A stretch of 28,452 nucleotides of DNA from Neoechinorhynchus agilis. Taxonomy: Eukaryota; Animalia; Acanthocephala. A program made the position numbers and the translations under genes. The notes below the pieces were generated by a model. The model was not told where the DNA came from and searched no databases. It saw nothing but the letters and a program-made list of their open reading frames with translations. Shown piece after piece: positions 9,477-18,983 of this stretch (within the stretch, counting starts at the first letter, position 1; every line of letters begins with the position of its first letter). Location: contig JBMGUZ010000035.1 of the NCBI GenBank assembly GCA_051530055.1, forward strand, positions 1 through 28,452, in the 5' to 3' direction.

Positions 9477-12470
9477 CCTATTCTCTCCGCCGTCGCTGCT
9501 CCTCCTGGACCTTTTTTCGAGTGGCTGATGTTGGAGTTTGCCAACGTGTCCACACACGTTGCATCCCACAACAAACATTTTCCCTCCCGCCAAGGAAATA
9601 CGGTCACGCCATCAGGGCGTCTTCCATCTAATCTACAAAGATTATTGGATTCTAGAATGTTTGAGAGGGAAAGCGTTTTTAGAGTCCTACTCAGAATGGC
9701 ATTGATTTCAGCATGCCTTGGAAATCGTCCCGCTGACGTCTTGCATATGAGACCGTGTCTCCCCGAAGAGTCCACTATAGTGCCGCAGCGGCAGCGATGC
9801 GGGATGCCAATCGGTAGACCTAATCTCAAGGATACTGCGATCCTGACGACTGAGTCAGCAAGGAAATTTCCAAGTTTACCTACAGGGAGAGCATTCAGCC
9901 ACGCTCCCGACTCCTTCGTGGAACAGGCTACCAGCCGGACCTGAGACACCTCATCCAGAAGATCTTTGAAAGAGTTGTGAATCTTCTGAACAAGAGGAAT
10001 GTCTCAAGACGACTGTTTGCACTTATTTGCGGGGAGCTGGTTGATGCCTGTCAATTGATGCCATTGAGATAATCCGTGGCAAAGATCAAATCCTTCACTG
10101 ATGTGCCTAAAATGGCATCGACATAGACTTTACTTACCCGGCAAGAGGAGAGGAAGGCAGGTAAAGCGATGTCTGCAGTGGTGCGAACTCCCAAACCACC
10201 ATAAGCCGTGGGAAAAGTAGCCTGTCGCCAACCTGTGTCAGAAAATTTGACATTCAATATATGTCCTAGCTGCTTACGAATTACCCCGTCGAGCTCTCCT
10301 AACAATTTGTCTTCTCCGAAACATGGAGCTGCTCTTAGCTTATGAAGCAATTTCTGCATATAGAGGCAATTCTTGATCAAGAAGAGACCTTCATGTGCCG
10401 AAAGCTCAGAAGTTCGGCCGCAGAGCAACTCCATTTTCGGGATTCGTGCGCGCAGGTCCTTCGCAACATTCTCAGCAAGAACGCAGCTCCCGAGGAGTGT
10501 GAGCTGGTCAAGGGTGATCAAACCTAGACCAGGAGCAACTGATTCAAAATCGCTAGAGATTTGAGAGCGCTCGTTTTCAGTTGCGTTCATGATGAGAAGT
10601 TCGCATTTTTGGGAATTTATTTCTATTCCCAAGCGGTCAGCTTCATTCACGATCCTTTGAAAGTCGCTCAAAACAACACTTGGATCGCCACCGAGTGTGG
10701 CATCGTCCAAGTGCCAAGCGTTGAAAGAAGAAAACATTGAATGGGCAAGATCACTTACTGCGACGGAGAAGCCTATGGGGTCGAGTGGATCTCCCTGTTG
10801 TACACCGCTCTGCGACCAAATTATTTTGTCGTTGTACAGCAGTGGCGTATATAGATTCCCCTGCATAAAACTTTCGCGGTTAACCTACGCAAAGTGCAGC
10901 CAATGGCGATGGGACGAATCCCACCATCTTTCTTGGACAAAGCACACAAAGAGGCGCCGAAGAAAAGATGTGTAGCCAAATTGCCAATGGAGCCCTAGAT
11001 GAAAATATCAACTATTTTAAGCAAAGCAGTTCCGAGGGCTTTTCCCGAAGCACCGGAAAAAAAGACATCATGTCTTTGAGGTGCTGTGGACGCAAGCCAT
11101 CCGGCCCGTGTCCTGGGCCATTCTCGAAGGAGGACACAGCTTTCCTTATTTCTAAACTATTTGCTCGGAAAGCCTGAGCAGTTGGTGTAAAATTGGTCGA
11201 GTTCGACTCCGATGACGGATGCAACTTTAATAGAGCCTCAAAAGTTGTGCCATGATTTGGCGCAAAATCTTCAGTTGAGGCTAGAAGCCGTACCGCACCG
11301 CGGACATCCCCGTCTGCGAGCTTCGCCGATACGCGTTGACCCAGTGGCCGGACTGTGCCTTGTTTACGGCTTTTGCTAGACGAATTTTCGGGAGTCATAT
11401 TCGCGTCGAACTCCACTAGCCTATTTTTAATGTTGGATGTCAAATTCCCCGAAATTGAGTTGCTAGAGCTTAGAACAAGGCGGGGAAAGGCGAAAAAATT
11501 TATCCAATCAATATCCTCATTGTTCTCAGCACAACGCTGCAATAGATTTGTGTATGATTGTGTCGCCTGGGTTCTTGCCCCCTTGGGAATGTGCTTTGAA
11601 ATTGTTGTTGGTAAAACTCGGGAAAGGGATTCCAAAGATGGGGTTTGACAGTTTGGCGACAAGCTGTCGTTAGGTTTAGACGGTCGCGATAAAGATAAGG
11701 ATGCAGGAATGCTCGGCCGAGATGGGAGAGGTTGGTAAGAGCCAAGACACCGGGAACCAATGGACCCTAAATAGGCCAACCTTTGTTAAATGTATTTCCC
11801 GTTCGCAGAAGGGGCAAATCGCGGGAACCTATGGGGCATGCTGGGAGGTGCCAACTTGCATCAAAGTGGTGGGCGATGACTTCGGGGTGGTCGGTAAGCG
11901 GTGCTGGTGATTGATGTGGGGTTGGTCGTCTGTTTGGTGATCGATTTCGGCCCGAGCGGAGCGAGGGCCAGGCATCGTTGACGGCGGTGGTGGCATCGTT
12001 GACGGCGGTGGTGGCATCGTTGACGGCGGTGGTGGCATCGTTAACGGCGGTGGTGGCATCGTTGACGGCGGAGGCAAAATGTTTGTTGTGGGATGCAACG
12101 TGTGTGGACACGTTGGCAAACTCCAACATCAGCCACTCGAGAAAAGGTCCAGGAGGAGCGGCGACGGCGGCAGAGGATCGGAAATGCTCAAAATACAGGG
12201 AGCTAATCCGAAATTACCATTTTGTCCCCTTCGGTGTGGAAACGTATGGGGCCTTGGGAGGGTCGGCATTAGCCCTCCTGAAGGACTTGGGGAAACGAAT
12301 TTACGCGGCGACTGGAGAGCCAAGATCGACGTCGTTCTTGGCGCAAAATATAAGCATTGCGGTGCAGCGGGGCAATGCGGCTAGCATTTTGGCCAGCGCC
12401 GATGAATAGGAGCGTTGATGAAACTATAAATTATGTACGAGGGAAATAAATCGTGTATTGTTAAAAAACC
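9477..12470. mobile_element. CRE-clade element (family B) with an inverted 5' part (9477-~12070, minus strand) and a sense 3' end (~12070-12470, plus strand)
   Basis: The minus strand has RT/REL motifs (GGIRPIAIG, SGVQQGDP, WHLDD, CRCG, RRPDG...WDATCVD). The plus strand reads KCLLWDATCVD...AVQRGNAASILASADE*, then a UTR and A6. The insertion is flanked by the direct repeat GTATGAT at 9470-9476 and 12471-12477. Confidence 0.9.
11971..12075. repeat. Tandem repeat of 5 x 21 bp (GGCATCGTTGACGGCGGTGGT) at the 5' end of CRE-B
   Basis: Units start at 11971, 11992, 12013, 12034 and 12055. The minus strand encodes (MPPPPST)n. Confidence 0.95.
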
Positions 12471-12809
12471 GTATGATATATAAAGTACCATGCAGACAAT
12501 GCCGAAAATATTGTGTTTGACAAACAAGTAAACAGCTAAAAAAAGCGCATTGACCAGCATAAATATTGTGTGCGCAGGGCAGATACGTCATCCGCCATAA
12601 GTAATCATGTTGTAAAAACGAATCATGAAATCGGATTTGAGGATGCTCATCAGATCATGATCGAGAGTGACTGGAAAAGGAGAGTAATCAAAGAGGCGGT
12701 AATGATAAACAACAACTGCATGGAGGGAAATAATCCAAACCGGAAGCTGAAGATTCCATACAAACTAAGACCTGCTCAGGAAGGTGACAGATCACCCGCG
12801 GGCCTAACA

Positions 12810-12948
12810 ACCCTGGGCACCCGAGTTCTGCCCAAGCTACACTCACCACGTACTATTCTAGATACCTGAAGAGGTCTGCATGCAGACGAAAAATCGTACA
12901 AATAAATCAGTCACCGGGGAGGTTAATAAGGTTGCAACTATCAATAAA
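12810..12948 (+). repeat. Penelope 3' pseudo-LTR
   Basis: It is the inverted partner of 7327-7465. It contains the ORF stop, the hammerhead core and AATAAA motifs. Confidence 0.93.
12863..12898 (+). ncRNA. Minimal hammerhead ribozyme motif in the 3' pLTR
   Basis: CTGAAGA at 12866-12872, stem II GTCTGC/GCAGAC at 12874-12887, GAAA at 12888-12891, then TC and GTA. Stem III is AAAT here, which is non-palindromic unlike the 5' copy. Confidence 0.78.
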
Positions 12949-14085
12949 TTGGAATTCCCCCCGATTGAAATCAAAGACACAATACATAGTAATCCTAACT
13001 AATAAAATCCAATACCTCATAAAATCAAAAGGTTTCTACTACGATGCAGACTCGAACCAATCTTTGCTTTACACGAGGTACTGAGCGCCGCAAGGATCAC
13101 CTATTTCTCCAACTTGGTTTTTAGCGGCGATGATTTATATTTTTTAAGAAAGTAAAAGGACTTCATAATATCTCTCCTTTTATTAATACGTACAACATTT
13201 TTTATTCTTCAAGGATAGGACTCGAATTAGCTTTCTATCTTATGTCAGAAAATATGTGGTCTCTTCGTCTTTGTTAAGGGAAGAAAAATTAATAATTAAT
13301 CTTAACATAACTTTATTATTCCTCTGACGAAAAGATCTCAGCAGAGAAAATCCCTAGGGAACTTATTCTAATTCTAAATTGATTTTAGTAATAGTATCCG
13401 AAACACCGTCGTTTTTCTTAACATAAGTTTAAACACACTTTTAATAAAATCAAAAGTTCTTTAAACGCACTAGGTATTGTACTGTGGATCAAAACAGAAT
13501 TTGCAGAGATTGTAAATCAATTGTTGGAATGGTAATATGTCTTCTTGTCTGGGAACGAATGCCCGAGGACCGATATGATTTTTACATGTTTCATTAATAA
13601 ATTAATAAACTTGTATTATAAATTGAGAGTAGATTTCAATGCTATTTGCTTCTTTGCAAATAAATTGTTTTTAACGAAAATTTGGTTATGAACAACAAAT
13701 GGATTTTAAATTTCATTAGGGCTGACAGTAACCTTTTCAAATAGCCTGCAAATATCTTAAACGAAACGAAAAAATGACAACAATTCAAAACGAATTGAAC
13801 TGGCTATGGAACAGGGAACCATTTTTATTTGTTTAGGTCATACAATCGATTTCTGATTTGGATTCGATGGCCCTTCTTACATCGACTTGAGTTTCAATTC
13901 AGCTCTCATTCATTAGTTAAACATTGAGCTTGCTAAAGATTAACTTCAAACGCAAGAAGGGAGAATAGAGGATGACGGAGCTGATTACTCCTAAGCCTTG
14001 TATACAATGGATCCGATGATGAAGACAGTTGTTCACTGTTATTTTACGAATGAATGTGACAACATGTAAGCATGAGGCGCCGAGG

Positions 14086-14103
14086 ATAATAATAATAATA
14101 ATA
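14086..14103. repeat. Short (ATA)6 microsatellite
   Basis: Read directly from the sequence. Confidence 0.8.
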
Positions 14104-14535
14104 AAATAGCTTACATGTATATAATTGATATAGACGAAAATGTGTGCGAAAATTGAGTTCAAGAGGGTTTTAAACGTTTTACTTCCTCACTTAATGAATA
14201 TGCTGCTTTCTTTGTGACCGAAAGTCAAGCATCATCGAATAATATGACAATCTGTGGAGAAAAAAGTGCCCAAATTGTCAAAACAGAATTTAAAAAATCT
14301 CTAATCAGTTTAATTTTTTTGCGGCTGTTCAGTTCAAGTCTTTTCGTGTGGAAGTTGAACTTTTGCTACAGTGAATTGCTTTCTTTTAAAATAGGTGAAT
14401 TCGTCAACTCTCAATATAATCGAAGGCTAAAAGATTGTTTAGATCTATGGGTACTTTCAGGACACACAACGATATTCGACAAAGTCAGTAACGAAATCTG
14501 TTTGAGAATTAAAATCATCTAAAGAATTATTTGTT

Positions 14536-15001
14536 TCACTTTAATAGTATTCTGACAAGATCTTCGAATCTCGCGTTTCCATCAGCATCCATATCAAGCG
14601 ACTCTATAAGTTCCTTGAACTCCTCGCCTGCAATTTTTTCGCCCCTCGATGTCATTGCATGTCTCATCTCATGCATATCTACTAATCCATTCCCCGTTTT
14701 TTCGAACACTCTAAACCTACAATTTATCATAAACGGGTTTGGAACTTGAGAATTACCGTAACGCTTCTCGGACCTCGTTTGCGTTACTCTTGCTATTCTG
14801 CAATAAATTTTCAGCGATGTCAGAAAACAAATTCCAATTTATTTTTCCCTTGTGTTTCGAAATAAGCTCCGCGATGTCGAGCTGGGACGGACATAGTCTA
14901 CATGACCTTAGTGCTATACCGAGATCGGACGGAAAAATAAATCCATCGCGATCTCGGTCTAAATATGCGAAAACTTCTTTAAGATAATCTCTTTGGTCCA
15001 T
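14536..15001 (-). CDS. EF-hand protein, myosin essential light chain/calmodulin-like; 2 exons (15001-14757, 14710-14536), 139 aa
   Basis: Removing the 46-nt GT-AG intron 14756-14711 joins EVREALR|VFEKTGNGLVDMHEMRHAMTSRGEKI, which resembles the ELC/calmodulin motif EALRVFDKEGNG...LGEK. EF loops are DRDRDGFIFPSD and DMDADGNARFED. Confidence 0.88.
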
Positions 15002-15813
15002 TAGATCGTTCCACGGTGATATTTCAATGGCTTAGTCTCTTCAAAAGCATAAAATTATACTACTTAAAGCTATGCAATTGCCTTTTATTTGAGACTATAG
15101 AATGATAGAAAGGGAAATGAGTTTTACAGAATGTTAATCTAAAAATGTCGAAATCCAGCTTGAAAGGCAAATAAAGGATTTTATTTTTACGCATAAGTAG
15201 AGTTTCCAAATCATATGATTTATTTTCGTAATTTCGTAAATCGGAGCCCTATTGGTAGAATTCTTAATATAAAATTGTGAGGATGTAAAGAATATATTTC
15301 TTACAAATTTTCACAAATAGCTTCAATTTCGAAATCGTTCGAATTATAATTGACCGATTATATGGTTAATAAACAGTCAAAGTTTATCTCCCGTGAAGCA
15401 TAAAGCCGAAAACTTCCTGGTTCGGAGATCAAAGTAACGATTCTTTTTTGTTCTTGGATGGTTGTATGAACAGCGTTTAGTTTACTGACGTTATTTTTGC
15501 ATAGGTGGATATTGAACAAGAGACCGTTCTTCCCATTGCCGAACAGTTTTTATTCAACTTTCAACTAGGTAACTAACAGATCTCCTCTGTGCTTTGATGT
15601 TTTGGGAATAACTTGGTTGCTATTTGTCAGTGGAAATTCTAGAGATTGAGGATCATTCGTCTTAGAACAATTGGATTAAAGAGTGAGGTATGAACATAAA
15701 ATTCTTCAACCTTAAAACCATACCTGGTGTATCTGAAGAAAAAATAAAATCTCGCCTATAAAATCTTCAATTTAGAACCGTTTTTTACTCCATTCGTTTC
15801 TGAAGATATTTTG

Positions 15814-15967
15814 AATTACACTTTCGGTGAGAATAATCCCGGTCATTACATATTTTATTTATTCAAAGCACTTGCAAACAATGACTGAAGAGGCGAGGAT
15901 GCCTCGCGAAATATTTGAATAAATAAAATATGTAATGACCGGGATTATTCTCACCGAAAGTGTAATT
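15814..15967. repeat. Perfect 54-bp inverted repeat with a 46-nt loop
   Basis: 15814-15867 is the exact reverse complement of 15914-15967. Confidence 0.97.
15885..15915 (+). ncRNA. Hammerhead ribozyme core motif in the hairpin loop
   Basis: It reads CTGAAGA-G-GCGAGG.ATG.CCTCGC-GAAA-TA-TT, with a palindromic ATAT stem III. Stem I pairing is poor. Confidence 0.65.
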
Positions 15968-16435
15968 TTATTATCCCGAAGGACTTTCTATCGATGGATA
16001 TTTTGAATTGTTGTGTAGTGGCGACAAAAAATTTTGTAAATTTATTGAATCGATATTTCGGCTCAATCCAGAGCCTTTATCAAGATTGTTAACGTGCGAA
16101 TAAAACACTTTAATAATCTTGATGAATGCTCTGGATTGGGCCGAAATATCGATTCGATAAATTTACCAAATTTTTGTCGCCACTGCACAACAATCATGAG
16201 CAGTTTCATTTTTCAAGATATTTTGAATTTCAAACAATTATTCCCGTTCTCATAAAAGTAAAAGCAGATTTTTTAGTTAAATATCGAGCAGCACTTTGTG
16301 TCTCGAGGCTAAAAAGTATTGGTTATCGATAGTCTGATCATGTGTGTGTTTTAGAGGGTACTTTGGTAAGTTCAAGTGGACTTTAAGGTCCCTTTGATTT
16401 AGAAAGTTTTTATATATTTTTTAAGGAAGACGACC

Positions 16436-17123
16436 CTACACGTCTTTAAAATACTCAAGCGATCCCTTTGGATCAGGTTTGATTGTTCTTGGATTCTTAT
16501 CTTCCGACCAATTTGCTGGACATACCTCACCATGCGTTTCTACAAATTGAAACGCTTTGACAATTCTTAGAACCTCATCCACACTGCGTCCAACGGGAAG
16601 ATCGTTAATGGTGATATGGCGAATGACTGACGTTGGATCAATCACAAACAAACCTCTTAGAGCAATTCCATCGGTATCGAGTAGAACACCGTAGTCCCGT
16701 GAAATGGACTTGTTAAAGTCTGATAGAAGCGGGTACTCTAATTGACCGACACCGCCCTGTTTTTCACTGAGATTTGTCCATGCCAAATGCGAAAAATGAG
16801 AATCGGTACTGACGCCAACCACTTCAGCGTTGATGTCCTTAAATTCGTTTAATCGCCTATTAAAGGCCACTAACTCAGTCGGACAAACAAACGTGAAATC
16901 AAGAGGATAAAAAAAATAAGACCAAGTATTTGCCTTGGTAATCACTCAATGCAATCTCCTTAAATTCACCATTAAGAACAGCCTTTCCGGCGAAACTCGG
17001 AGCTGGATGACGCACTTGAGCGTAGAGGCGAGATGGAGTGGCCGAGAATGGTCTCCAGTTCCTTAAGATGGATGCAGTGGTGAAATGCGATCCAATTAAT
17101 CGACTGGCAAGATGGGATAGCAT
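16436..17123 (-). CDS. PRDX3: Mitochondrial-type typical 2-Cys peroxiredoxin (PRDX3-like), intronless, 228 aa after correcting a 1-nt frameshift
   Basis: The N-terminus resembles a presequence ([11 protein letters not shown]...). Motifs are [14 protein letters not shown] (peroxidatic Cys), GEVCPANW (resolving Cys), GGVG and C-terminal EYF. The two ORFs join if one T is removed from the T8 run (A8 at 16909-16916 on the plus strand). Confidence 0.9.
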
Positions 17124-17764
17124 TGAACAAACTTTAATATATCTGTAAAGAAGTTGTTCATTTGTATATGTGTTCTTTTTAGTGATGAGAGGAATAGATA
17201 TTGATCTAAATATTTCGTCCGTCTCTTCAGACTTCCTCATTTTGGCATTATCCGGAGTTTTAGACTATAATCGGCCTTATTTGATGTTTACGTGTTTTAT
17301 TCGCACTTGAAGTGAGGCGAACGAAATATTGAGGACAATAAACCAATACCCATTCTTCCCGTTAATTATATCCAAAAATGAGACGAAGTGAGCAGAAACC
17401 ACACAGAAATCAATCGAAATTTCTTCACTTACGGATGCGGAGGCGTATACAACAGTCGAAGCAGTTCTTCTGTGTCACGACGTAGATATTAAAAAGTTCG
17501 TCCTGATCGCTTTAAAGAAATGGCCTGTGAAACGAGGGACTCCAAAAATATGTTCATCAAATATTCAGTAAACGTAAATAGCCCGATTGTGATGGCAGAA
17601 TTTCCATAATAAAAACTACAAGAAAATCAGATTTTTTAAGACTGCCTTAAAATTGTATGTGAATTAGACGGGGGGATAAGTCTTACTTTGCCAACCAAAA
17701 TATAGCGGCCTTCCTATTCTCTCAAATAGATGAGGTTCTATTTAAGGAAGATGTATTTGAATAA

Positions 17765-18420
17765 CCTTATCACATAGCCGACGATCTCATCAGTCAATCA
17801 CCATTCGACCCTCTCGTTAACGTCTAACGAAATCGCGCACATAAATGATTTCTGCACCAATCACAAACTCTATCTAAATTTCTCTAAATGCTTCGAGATG
17901 ATCCCCTCAATCTCCCGCAACCCCATATCCTACACGGATGTTCCAAATGACATCCGACGAGTCACCTCTTTCAGAATTCTGGGTATCCAATTTCAATCAA
18001 ACTTGAAATGGGACTCGCACATCACTCTCTCCATCTTACGCAATACCTTTAAAATTTACCACCTCAAACGCCTCCGCCATTTAGGAATCCTTTCGCCCGA
18101 TCTCTCCAAATTTTATTACAGCTTTATTTTTCCCTCCCTTGCCTACGACTATTTCGTCTTTGGCAAACTGTCCAAATCGAAAACCCGTCGCATTGAAACG
18201 TTTCAGCACAGTTGATTTTCCTCCTGCTCACCGAATACATCTATAAATGTTTCAGGAAACAATCAAAGCGCCTCTCAACACTACCACCATAATTTTTACA
18301 ACATTTTATAACCCTTTTTACATGAGGACAACATTCGTAATTCCAATTCATTTCATCCTCCTAAATCTCGCACATCTCTCTACCTTCGCTCCTTTCCCAA
18401 CTGCCCCACCAGAACGGACG
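17765..18420 (+). mobile_element. 3' fragment of a CR1/L2-like LINE RT
   Basis: Motifs: (Y>I)ADDL, KLYLNFSKCFEM, RILGIQFQSNLKWDSHI, YHLKRLRHLG, PSLAY, PKSRTSLYLRSF. Confidence 0.8.
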
Positions 18421-18706
18421 TACAGAAATTGGATAGACCCTCACGAACTGATTTCCGAGCACCAACTACCGAATATTCCCACCCATCTACGGCAAACAAT
18501 GAATATGTTTATTAAGAAGCTGAAAGGAGCTTATTTTATAATGTTTTGGCGGAATGCTAAGGCGCCCCTTGGATTTCTCTTTTAATCAACAATTTACGCA
18601 TTACAAATCTAAATTCTTAAAAGGGAAGAAAACACTCATTTTAATAATCTATGGGAAACATGCGAGTAAGTTAAACATTGAGCCCTATCGGCAATAATAA
18701 TAGGTG

Positions 18707-18790
18707 GAATTTATTGATTCCGAAATTTCGGCACAATCGTAATCTTAGTAGGGCACAAGATTGTGCCGAAATATTGGAATAAATAAATTC
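18707..18790. repeat. 32-bp imperfect inverted repeat overlapping a degenerate hammerhead-like motif
   Basis: 18707-18738 pairs with 18759-18790, with 3 mismatches and a 20-nt loop. Confidence 0.85.
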
Positions 18791-18983
18791 TCTTAAATTT
18801 TATGCAAGATACAAACATGAACAATCGAATCGTCAAACAAATAATAATAGGACTTATTGAGAAACAAAATGCCTCCAATGTGCGATACTCAGATATATGC
18901 TTTTATTCTTTAGACCAGGATTTGTTTCATTGTCCATTTCGCTTTTAATGTGAAAGACCCAAAGTACTATTTTCTTACTTGTT

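Larger units (their letters stand above)
7327..12948 (+). mobile_element. Penelope-like element (RT + GIY-YIG) with inverted pseudo-LTRs, interrupted by a CRE at 9477-12470; frameshifted
   Basis: PLE RT motifs: YLLPKIHKP, VRPVI, ADIKTLFTNIP, DGVAMGSPLGPVLADIYL, WRYVDD, WTIE...SFLEV. After removing the CRE insertion the GIY-YIG reads MIYKVPCRQCRKYCV*QT...RIDQH...SAISNH. The termini are a 139-bp inverted repeat. Confidence 0.93.

Noticed and set aside
11971-12075. CRISPR-like array
   Set aside because: The units are contiguous with no spacers and the context is eukaryotic; it is a coding tandem repeat.
13030-13100. Minus-strand B-box GGTTCGAGTC (13058-13049)
   Set aside because: There is no convincing A-box or cloverleaf, so it is insufficient to call a tRNA or SINE.
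13301-13426. CTGACGA...GAAA motif between CTTAACATAA direct repeats
   Set aside because: Stem II cannot pair adjacent to the core and stem I is absent. A 10-bp AT-rich repeat is expected by chance.
13917-14522. ORFs 13917-14162 (-) and 14214-14522 (+)
   Set aside because: No recognisable motifs or consistent splice structure, and the first includes a microsatellite-derived Ile run.
15370-15780. Possible short-intron gene fragments (e.g. VDIEQETVLPIAEQFLFNFQL)
   Set aside because: Splice-like sites exist on both strands, but no model gave a coherent long reading frame.
17385-17570. ~59-codon plus-strand open frame divergent from the peroxiredoxin
   Set aside because: There is no start or convincing splice context and no recognisable domain.
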